Shown in pieces: positions 9,797 to 17,542 of a stretch of 64,000 nucleotides of DNA. The notes beneath the pieces were generated by a model. It was not told the DNA's origin. It worked only from the letters and a program-made list of their open reading frames with translations, and ran no database searches. A program made the position numbers and the translations under genes. Source of the DNA: Clostridium sp. CAG:288 (GTDB lineage Bacteria; Bacillota_I; Bacilli_A; RFN20; CAG-288); NCBI GenBank assembly GCA_000437395.1, contig FR898166.1, forward strand, positions 58,724-122,723, given 5' to 3'. The stretch's first letter is position 1. Every line of letters begins with the position of its first letter.

Positions 9797-11107
9797 ATGG
9801 CAAAGACTGTAAATAACAATATTAGCTTATGCATTGAATATGTTGATACTTATTTGACTTGCTGTTTTAATTGCTTTTATTTAGATCAAAAATCAGGAGA
9901 AATAATTAAGACGAACAAATTTAAAGTTGAAGGTGGAGACATAGTTTCAACTTCAGCAATGGAAATAAGAAAGATTGCTGAAGAGATAAAAAAAGATGCA
10001 AACGAATTAGGAAAAACAATTGTTGGAAAAATTAATTATGTCGTTGCATCTAAAAGTGTTTTCTCATATTCAAACATTTTTCCAAAGATAAACAAGAAAA
10101 AGATAGTGCAATATTCTCGTAGAGATTTAGAAATGTCTTTCCCAGATTTTAAAAAGAAGAATGTGTATATTGAAAACTGGCATGAAGATGGAAATTTAGG
10201 AACATGTATTTTAACTACTTTGTTGCCTATTACTGTTTTTGAAAGACTTGATTTGTTGTCACGTGAAATTGGTTTGAAAATGGGAAATGTCACAACATCA
10301 AGCGTTTGTTTAAACGAAAGATATAAACAAAATTATCCTGAAGAATTTGATTCTGGTGCTTTAATTAACATTGAAGCTGACTATACAGTTATAAGCTTGA
10401 TTGTAAATAAAGTTATGGTTGATTCAGTTTTTATCAATGAAGGATTTGAATCTGTTTCAGAAGATGAAAACACATTTTGTGCTTTAGTTAAAAATAGATT
10501 AATTTCTGTTATTGCTAAACATGAATTCGGACTTGAAAAAGCTTCAATTTCTACAATAAAGATTACTTCTACAAACAACATCATTTCTAGCGCTCTTGAA
10601 AAGTATTTAGAGAGTACAACATCGTTTGTAGTTGGTTATACTCAAGCAAAGGAATTAGCTTATTGTAACTTTGATACTAAGAAAAGCTTTGCTAAATTTA
10701 AAAAAGAGTTTTTTAAAAAAGGCTTCACTTTAGTTGAAGTTGTAGTTTCGTTAGCATTATTTGCTATTCTTTCAGGTGTAGCTTTAGGTTGTATTGTACC
10801 TATGACTAATACAGTTAAGAATGCTGAGAGAAATTCAAATATAAGTAGAACAGTAAATGATATAACTGAAACTTTTAGACTTTATCATGATAATTTTGCT
10901 ACTTATTATTATGAAATAAATAATGTTACTGGAGATATCGTAGAAAACAAATTATTTTACGATAAAGATGTTAACGTTATTTCTAGTGAAGAAAATAGTT
11001 TTTATACACTTAACTATACATTGGACGGATCAACATTAACTATAGACAGTTTTGTTAAAACTGGAACTACAAAAAGTTTATTAAAAAGTGTAACAATACG
11101 AGGCTAA
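9797..11107 (+). CDS. PilM-like (actin-like ATPase fold) N-terminal domain fused in frame to a C-terminal prepilin-type pseudopilin domain
   Basis: The first ~300 aa have PilM-like architecture: ISLCIEYVDTYL near the start and ADYTVISLIVNKVMVDSVFINEG later. Residues ~305 onward are KKG|FTLVEVVVSLALFAILSGV, a canonical class III signal. There is no in-frame or out-of-frame start codon between the two parts. The AAAGGAG RBS favours ATG 9797. Confidence 0.5.
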   Translation: MAKTVNNNISLCIEYVDTYLTCCFNCFYLDQKSGEIIKTNKFKVEGGDIVSTSAMEIRKIAEEIKKDANELGKTIVGKINYVVASKSVFSYSNIFPKINKKKIVQYSRRDLEMSFPDFKKKNVYIENWHEDGNLGTCILTTLLPITVFERLDLLSREIGLKMGNVTTSSVCLNERYKQNYPEEFDSGALINIEADYTVISLIVNKVMVDSVFINEGFESVSEDENTFCALVKNRLISVIAKHEFGLEKASISTIKITSTNNIISSALEKYLESTTSFVVGYTQAKELAYCNFDTKKSFAKFKKEFFKKGFTLVEVVVSLALFAILSGVALGCIVPMTNTVKNAERNSNISRTVNDITETFRLYHDNFATYYYEINNVTGDIVENKLFYDKDVNVISSEENSFYTLNYTLDGSTLTIDSFVKTGTTKSLLKSVTIRG

Positions 11108-11109
11108 AT

Positions 11110-11523
11110 ATGAAAAAGAGAAGAAGAGAAGAAAAAGGAGCTGTATTAATTGCTACCATCGCTATTCTGGCATTTGTTGGTATTATGATGGGCTTTTTAG
11201 GTCAGCTTGTTTTGTATACTTCAAACTATTCTTCTTCTTTAAATAATGCTTATAAGGTTAAAAGAATCCTAACTAATGATTGCTATTTATTTGTTGAAAA
11301 TATAGATTCATCAAAAACTATTGATGAAAATATCAGTACTATTTCAGGTTTGTTAGAAAATTCAAAATATGTTGATGAGTCTATGACTTATTACATCGAT
11401 ACGGATGTTAAAACTGGTGGTAATTTTTCTTTGACCTATAAAAGATATCAAGCAGATGTTGTATTTGTAATTAATGATTCATCTATAACTTTAAAAAGTT
11501 TAACTATAAAGGGAGCAAAATAA
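11110..11523 (+). CDS. pseudopilin-like bitopic protein lacking Glu+5 (ComGG/PilX-like or PilN-like)
   Basis: MKKRRREEKG|AVLIATIAILAFVGIMMGFL. Its C-terminal end (ITLKSLTIKGAK) resembles the C-terminus of the upstream fusion protein (SLLKSVTIRG), suggesting paralogy. Confidence 0.4.
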   Translation: MKKRRREEKGAVLIATIAILAFVGIMMGFLGQLVLYTSNYSSSLNNAYKVKRILTNDCYLFVENIDSSKTIDENISTISGLLENSKYVDESMTYYIDTDVKTGGNFSLTYKRYQADVVFVINDSSITLKSLTIKGAK

Positions 11524-12317
11524 TGGATTTATTTATTCAAATATTTATCGGAGTTTTGTTCTTTGTTATCGGTACAGTATTTGCAAGTTTTTCTAATGTT
11601 TTGATTTATAGATTACCGTTAGAACAATCTATAGCTTATCCTGCTAGTCATTGTCCTCAATGTGGTGCTGAACTCAAGTGGTATGAAAATATACCGCTTT
11701 TCAGCTATATATTTTTAAAAGGTAAATGTGGTCATTGCCATCAAAAAATATCTCCGAGATATTTTATTGTTGAACTGTTAGGCGGTTTATTATCATTAGC
11801 TTGTTATTTAAAACTTGGTTTTGGTGTCGACTCAGTAATAGGAGCAATTAGTGTCATAATTTTAGTAGCTATCGCCTTTATCGATGCTGAACACAAAATT
11901 ATTCCTTTATCGCTAAATATAACATTAGGTGTGTTAGCTATTCTTAAATTAGTATTAAATATTATTTTTACTCCAAACTATCCATGGGTTCATTATTTAA
12001 TTGGCTTTGGAGTATTTGCTGTTTTATTCTTAGCTGTCTATTTTTTAGCAATATTATTTTATAAGCAAGAAGGCCTTGGCTTAGGAGATGTAATTCTTAT
12101 GAGCATTTGTGGATTATATCTAAATTGGAGTGGAGCCTTTATTGTATTTTTAGCTTCATCTGTCATATGTGCAATTGTTATGATAATCTTAATAGCTATT
12201 AAAAAACTTAAGAGAAACGAAGAGTGGGGATTTGGTCCTTATATTGCAATTGCCTTTGTAATTATGATTTATTTCAGTAACGATTTGTTAAGTTATATAC
12301 TTAGCTTTTTATCGTAG
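11523..12317 (+). CDS. pilD: prepilin peptidase (A24 family)
   Basis: Zinc-binding CPQCG...CGHC N-terminal motif and multi-TM body of 264 aa. Located in the pilus operon. Confidence 0.85.
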   Translation: MDLFIQIFIGVLFFVIGTVFASFSNVLIYRLPLEQSIAYPASHCPQCGAELKWYENIPLFSYIFLKGKCGHCHQKISPRYFIVELLGGLLSLACYLKLGFGVDSVIGAISVIILVAIAFIDAEHKIIPLSLNITLGVLAILKLVLNIIFTPNYPWVHYLIGFGVFAVLFLAVYFLAILFYKQEGLGLGDVILMSICGLYLNWSGAFIVFLASSVICAIVMIILIAIKKLKRNEEWGFGPYIAIAFVIMIYFSNDLLSYILSFLS

Positions 12318-12329
12318 AAAGGAGAAAAG

Positions 12330-13574
12330 ATGCCTTACTTTCAATATAAGAGTATAACCATTGATGGAATAAAAAAAGATGGTACCAAAGAAGCTTCGAG
12401 TTATGAAGATCTCAAGTGTATCTTAAAAGATAAAGGTGAATACTTATTAGAAGCAAATATAGCTAAAGAAAAAAGACGTTCAAACTTCTTAACTGCAACA
12501 AATAGAGTTTCTCCTAGAGCAGTTGCAAACTTTTGTCGTCAATTTTCTATTCTTTTAGATGCTGGTGTCAGCGTTGCTGATAGCTTGGATGTTTTAAGAA
12601 AGCAAAATTTCTCAACATATTTTAAAAACGTTATTTCTGATATATATGATTCAGTTTTAAAAGGCATGTCCATCTCTGATGCTATGAGAAAATACCCAAA
12701 AATATTTAAATCATTTGTTGTCAATATGGTTCATATCGGTGAATTATCAGGTGACTTAACTAAAGTACTTATCAAAGTGGCTGATTACTTAGAAAACGAT
12801 CAGAAAATCAAGTCTAAAACTAAAAGTGCTATGGTTTATCCTTTATTTTTACTTGTAGTAGTCACAATTGTTACAGTAGTTTTGATGGTATTTGTCGTTC
12901 CTCAATTTGAAAAGATAATTCTTGAAAATGGTGGTAAAGTGCCTGGAATTACTAGAGTTGTTTTATCTATATCTCACTTCTTTACTGAATATTGGTTTAT
13001 TTTAATACCTGCTATTATAGTTGTTATTATGCTGTTAGTCTTCTTCTTTACTCGCACTCAAAAAGGAAAGTATTGTCGAAACTTTTTAGCCATTCATCTT
13101 CCAATATTAAAAACAGTTACAATTGAAACTATTACAACGAGATTTACTACAGCTTTTTCAATTTTAATTGATTCAGGTATGCCTGTAATTGATTCTATGG
13201 AAGCTTTGATACCAATTCTTGATAATAAATTCTTTGAATCGAAGTTTGTCTATGCTATTGAGGATATTCGTCGTGGTAAAAGAATAGCTCCATCAATTGA
13301 AAAATGTGATATTTTTCCAAAGATGCTTATAGAAATGTTAGATGTTGGTGAAGAGTCATCAAGACTTTCTGAAGTCTGCGATACAGTCAGTAAATACTAT
13401 TCAGCTCAATTAGCTAACTCCATTCAAAAGTTAAGTTCAATACTTGAACCTGTAGTTATAATTATCATGGGTGTATTAGTTGGAACAATTATACTAGCTG
13501 TATTCTTACCAATTATGGAAATGACAAATTCTATGGGAAATCTCGATAGTGATATTCCTGATTTAGATGTATAG
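12330..13574 (+). CDS. pilC: type IV pilus / T2SS platform protein (GspF/PilC family)
   Basis: 414 aa with two T2SSF-like cytoplasmic repeats separated by TM helices (VYPLFLLVVVTIVTVVLMVFV ... VVIIIMGVLVGTIILAVFLPI). Confidence 0.85.
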   Translation: MPYFQYKSITIDGIKKDGTKEASSYEDLKCILKDKGEYLLEANIAKEKRRSNFLTATNRVSPRAVANFCRQFSILLDAGVSVADSLDVLRKQNFSTYFKNVISDIYDSVLKGMSISDAMRKYPKIFKSFVVNMVHIGELSGDLTKVLIKVADYLENDQKIKSKTKSAMVYPLFLLVVVTIVTVVLMVFVVPQFEKIILENGGKVPGITRVVLSISHFFTEYWFILIPAIIVVIMLLVFFFTRTQKGKYCRNFLAIHLPILKTVTIETITTRFTTAFSILIDSGMPVIDSMEALIPILDNKFFESKFVYAIEDIRRGKRIAPSIEKCDIFPKMLIEMLDVGEESSRLSEVCDTVSKYYSAQLANSIQKLSSILEPVVIIIMGVLVGTIILAVFLPIMEMTNSMGNLDSDIPDLDV

Positions 13575-13583
13575 GAGGTAAAT

Positions 13584-15272
13584 ATGAACCTTAATCAACA
13601 AATTGCTGAGTTCTTTGTACAAAAAGGACTTATAGATCCAGAATCAAAGAATAAGATTTTAGCTGAATCAGAAGCAAAGTCTATTAGCTTTTATACTAGC
13701 TTATTAAAAGATCAAGTAGTTGATGAAACTAAAGTATTTGAAGCTTTGTCAGAGTTTTATTCATTAGAATTTTATAACACGTCTGTTTATAATTTGAACG
13801 AAGAGATTATTTCAAAAATTCCAATGTCTTTTATTAAAGACAATAGAATGATCCCTTTTGCTATAGAAAATAATTCACTTGTCGTTTTAATTGATGAGCC
13901 ATATAGAGTTGTCGATGTTGATGCTTTATCATACTTCTTTGATAAACCAATAGTAGTTAAACTTGTTACTACTTCAAGTATGAACGGCATGCTTGGTTAT
14001 ATTGATAATAGACGTAGAAGAGCTGATGCTATGTCAGCAATTTCAAACGAATTATCAGATGAAAAAAAGAATGTAAAAGTAACAATTGACGCATCACAAT
14101 TAATCGATGCTCCTACAGTTAAATTAACAGATTCAATAATTAGAGAAGCAACATTGACAGGCGCTTCTGATATTCATATTGAACCATTTGATGGCTTAGT
14201 CAGAGTAAGGTTCAGATTGGATGGTAAATTGTTTACTAACACTCAATTACCTGCAGAATCATTTCCAGCTATTTTAGCTCGTTTTAAGATTATGGCTGGC
14301 ATGGATATTTCAGAACGTCGTATTCCTCAAGATGGTAAGATAACTATGGAAATAGATGGAAGAAAATATGATTACCGTGTTTCCACAGTTCCTATGGCTT
14401 TTGGAGAAAAGATAGTTATTCGTATATTTGATACCTTTGATAATCATTCAGATATATCTAAATTAGGCTTGGATGAAAGACAAGAAAAATTAGTCAGAAG
14501 AATGATTAGTTATCCACATGGTATTTTACTTTTGACAGGTCCAACAGGTTCAGGTAAAACAACATCTTTGTACTCATTCTTAAAGTCTTTGAATAAAGAA
14601 GATGTAAATATTACTACTATTGAAGATCCAATTGAAAATAACATTTCAGGAGTTAACCAAATCCAAGTTAATTCTAAAGTAAACATGACTTTTGCTGCTG
14701 CTTTAAGAGCAATTTTAAGACAAGACCCTAACATTATTATGATCGGTGAAATTAGAGATGAAGAAACAGCAGAAATCGCTGTAAAAGCCGCTATCACTGG
14801 TCACTTGGTTCTTTCGACTCTTCACACCAATAGCGCTCATGGAACTATTTCACGTTTAGTAGATATGGGTATACCTAAATACTTAGTTGCTGACGCTTTG
14901 ATTGGTGCTATTTCTCAAAGATTAGTTAGAAAACTTTGTCCAAACTGCAAAAAGCCGCACATGACAACGCCTGAAGAAATGAAAGAACTAGGTTTGACTG
15001 AACCAGTTCAAATATATGAACCAGGATCTTGTGGCAATTGCAATAATACAGGTTATCATGGAAGAACAGGTGTCTTTGAAATATTAAACATGAATCCAAC
15101 AATTAAAAAAGCTATTGAAATGCCTGAATTTTCCATGGAGACTATTTATGATGCTTGCGTTAGTAGTGGTATGATTCCACTTAAGGAAGCAGCAAAGAAA
15201 TTAGTATTAGAAGGAGTAACATCATACTCTGAATATATAGCTTTATTAGACAATGATACGGAGATTAAATAA
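13584..15272 (+). CDS. pilB: type IV pilus assembly ATPase (GspE/PilB/ComGA family)
   Basis: GspE N-terminal domain, Walker A GPTGSGKTT, Asp and His boxes, and tetracysteine CPNC...CGNC zinc motif. Confidence 0.9.
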   Translation: MNLNQQIAEFFVQKGLIDPESKNKILAESEAKSISFYTSLLKDQVVDETKVFEALSEFYSLEFYNTSVYNLNEEIISKIPMSFIKDNRMIPFAIENNSLVVLIDEPYRVVDVDALSYFFDKPIVVKLVTTSSMNGMLGYIDNRRRRADAMSAISNELSDEKKNVKVTIDASQLIDAPTVKLTDSIIREATLTGASDIHIEPFDGLVRVRFRLDGKLFTNTQLPAESFPAILARFKIMAGMDISERRIPQDGKITMEIDGRKYDYRVSTVPMAFGEKIVIRIFDTFDNHSDISKLGLDERQEKLVRRMISYPHGILLLTGPTGSGKTTSLYSFLKSLNKEDVNITTIEDPIENNISGVNQIQVNSKVNMTFAAALRAILRQDPNIIMIGEIRDEETAEIAVKAAITGHLVLSTLHTNSAHGTISRLVDMGIPKYLVADALIGAISQRLVRKLCPNCKKPHMTTPEEMKELGLTEPVQIYEPGSCGNCNNTGYHGRTGVFEILNMNPTIKKAIEMPEFSMETIYDACVSSGMIPLKEAAKKLVLEGVTSYSEYIALLDNDTEIK

Positions 15273-15883
15273 TGAAAAATAAAAGTGTACTTTTAATATT
15301 GTTTTTGGTAGTGGCACCATTACTATCAGCATGTAATTCTAAAACATCAGATCAATTACAGTTTTTAATTACATATAAGGCTGATGGAACTGAAGCTATA
15401 AAATACGGCTTGTTTTTTGATAAAGATGAAATAACTTCATCTAACTTTAATTTAAATTTAGAAAAAGTTGGCAAAGTAAAATATAGTACTTCAATATCTA
15501 ACGGTAACTATTCAGTAAAAAATATTAATGCAACAGAGTTAGAAGTCGGAGACCTTTTAACAATTAGATTAGATAAAAAAGCTAAAATTTCTAAATTAAA
15601 AAGTTATGATTTCTTGAAAGACGCATCGAGTATTGTTGCTAGAAATGGCGCTCGTTCAAAAGGTTGGATTTTAAATTCTAAGGTTCATTATGGCGATGAA
15701 ATATCTTATGGAGATTTTGCTTATAGTGAATTGCCACTATTTGTTTCTAAAGATAGTAAGGTAATAGATCCAAATAGCTTGCAAGAAAAAGAAACTGGCT
15801 ATGGTGGATATTATAAGTATGGTGATAAAGATCAATATAAATATATGTTCCCATTTGTTTTAGATGGTAATACTAGACAATAA
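15272..15883 (+). CDS. lipoprotein, function unknown
   Basis: Signal peptide with lipobox LLSAC. Start overlaps the pilB stop (ATAATG). Confidence 0.5.
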   Translation: MKNKSVLLILFLVVAPLLSACNSKTSDQLQFLITYKADGTEAIKYGLFFDKDEITSSNFNLNLEKVGKVKYSTSISNGNYSVKNINATELEVGDLLTIRLDKKAKISKLKSYDFLKDASSIVARNGARSKGWILNSKVHYGDEISYGDFAYSELPLFVSKDSKVIDPNSLQEKETGYGGYYKYGDKDQYKYMFPFVLDGNTRQ

Positions 15884-15930
15884 AAAATAGGCATATTTGA
15901 TGCTTTAGTGCATCATTTATGCCTTTTATC
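15884..15930. terminator. hairpin between convergent genes (putative bidirectional terminator)
   Basis: AATAGGCAT ... ATGCCTTTT stem with a nested GATGC/GCATC inner stem. It overlaps the stop codon of the minus-strand gene. Confidence 0.4.
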
Positions 15931-16432
15931 TTTCGTTAATTTTGTACCATTTTAAGACGTAAGCCAAATTTTCAAGCTTAACAGTATAAACTCCATTGCT
16001 CATTATATTTAATAAATCGCTATTAGAAGTTTCTTGAAGTTGATTATATTTTTGTGATGCAGATATCATTACTTTCATAATAAACTTATTCATACCAGTA
16101 AGCTTTTCTAAGTTAAATCCACCTTGAACAGTGAAAAGAGGAGTTTTATCATTAACTTTACTCTTTTTTCTAACGACATCTTCATTATCACCAGTTGGAA
16201 CCATACCAACACCGACGACAGCTTTGATATTAAACTTTTTATTAGCTTTTTTATAGCCTTGTACTTTAGCTGATTTAATCCAACCCATATAGATTATTTT
16301 GCTATCTTTAGGCAATTTTCTTTCAAGTGCTTCTTCTAGAGATAAAGCTTCTTTTTTTATTTGCTTTGAAAGCATGTTTGCATAGTCTTTTGTATGACCA
16401 GCGTTAGATGTATAAATAATATAGTCAATCAT
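15926..16432 (-). CDS. flavodoxin-like fold protein
   Basis: N-terminal IIYTSNAGHTKDYANMLS resembles the flavodoxin phosphate-binding loop. 168 aa. Confidence 0.45.
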   Translation of the reverse strand: MIDYIIYTSNAGHTKDYANMLSKQIKKEALSLEEALERKLPKDSKIIYMGWIKSAKVQGYKKANKKFNIKAVVGVGMVPTGDNEDVVRKKSKVNDKTPLFTVQGGFNLEKLTGMNKFIMKVMISASQKYNQLQETSNSDLLNIMSNGVYTVKLENLAYVLKWYKINER

Positions 16433-16551
16433 AAATATATTCCTTCAATATATAAAGTATAAAACATTTACCTAAATAATAATATATTTAAATTATTTTT
16501 TTAAATTACATATATGTTATAATTAATTTAAATTAAAGGAGAGAATGAAAA

Positions 16552-16983
16552 ATGTCGTATTCAGCTGTATCTAGTGGCGTTAATATAGTCACAATAGAAA
16601 AAGATGGTAGTTTTAAAGCTATGGCTTGCGCCTGGGCTTCTATGGTCGATTTTGATAAAGTTGTTATGTTGATTGGTTCTCAATCAGAAACAGGAAGTGT
16701 TATAAAGAAAGGTGATATAATTGGTTTCTCAGCCCTTTCTTCTAATCAAGCTGATATAGCTGAGAAGATTGGAAGTGTCCATTCTAGTCGAGTAGATAAA
16801 AAGAGTATAGCTAGTTTTGAAAAACTTGATAAAGCCTATGTAGTTCAAGATGCTAGAACACAAAATGAATTAGAAGTAATTGATGTTTTACACTTAGAAG
16901 GAATTGAAGAAGATAACTTAGTTTATGCTAGAATAATCACTTATAAGGATGATAAAGATTTAGGATTTTATAGATATCCATAA
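16552..16983 (+). CDS. flavin reductase-like (FMN-binding split barrel) domain protein
   Basis: VNIVTIEKDGSFKAMACAWASMVDFDKVVMLIGSQSETGSV...FSALSSNQADIAEKIG matches the flavin-reductase-like domain pattern. Confidence 0.45.
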   Translation: MSYSAVSSGVNIVTIEKDGSFKAMACAWASMVDFDKVVMLIGSQSETGSVIKKGDIIGFSALSSNQADIAEKIGSVHSSRVDKKSIASFEKLDKAYVVQDARTQNELEVIDVLHLEGIEEDNLVYARIITYKDDKDLGFYRYP

Positions 16984-17247
16984 AAACAAAATACAATATT
17001 AATAAAAGGAGATAATTCTTATGAAATGCTAAAAAATAATAGTTTTAATTGTACTGTAACAGAAAATAGTAAGAAAACGAATACTTCAGTAGCGTTAAAT
17101 TGGGAATATAATCCTTATAAAGTCGAAGAAGATATATTCTCTAAACCACTTAGTAAAATAGAAAAAGAATATATAAAAAAATATAGTTTAGATTAATTAT
17201 TTCTAAACAATAAAGATTCAACAGAGCCGATTTAATTAAACAATATG

Positions 17248-17279
17248 TGGCAACTAGGAACACCTAGTTGCCATTTTTT
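17248..17279 (+). terminator. rho-independent terminator after the 16552-16983 gene
   Basis: TGGCAACTAGG-aaca-CCTAGTTGCCA followed by TTTTTT. Confidence 0.6.
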
Positions 17280-17381
17280 ATAATTATGATTTAGTAATTT
17301 AATAAGAATAATCAAATGCTAAATATTATTTTCTAATTTATGATAAAAGTATTAGTAATAATTTATTATAAATATTTGTAT

Positions 17382-17486
17382 ACTTTCGATTATGTTAGAA
17401 ACTTTTGCATAAAAGTAGAAAACTTTCGACTATACTAGAAACTTTTTAAATTATTTTTGATTTTATCGACTATAATCGATACTTTT
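17382..17486. repeat. three direct repeats of about 25 bp at exactly 40-bp periodicity in a convergent intergenic region
   Basis: ACTTTCGATTATGTTAGAAACTTTT (17382-17406), ACTTTCGACTATACTAGAAACTTTT (17422-17446), TTTTATCGACTATAATCGATACTTTT (17461-17486). Confidence 0.5.
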
Positions 17487-17500
17487 TAGATGAAATATAG

Positions 17501-17532
17501 CAATAAAAAAGAACTGGCATAAACCAGTTCTT
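17501..17532 (-). terminator. rho-independent terminator for the minus-strand lipoprotein gene
   Basis: AAGAACTGG-cataaa-CCAGTTCTT perfect stem. On the minus strand it is followed by TTTTTTATT. Confidence 0.6.
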
Positions 17533-17542
17533 AATTAGCAAC

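Noticed and set aside
17382-17486. Possible CRISPR array
   Set aside because: There are only three degenerate repeats with 15-nt spacers at 40-bp periodicity, and no cas genes in the window. The arrangement does not fit CRISPR geometry.
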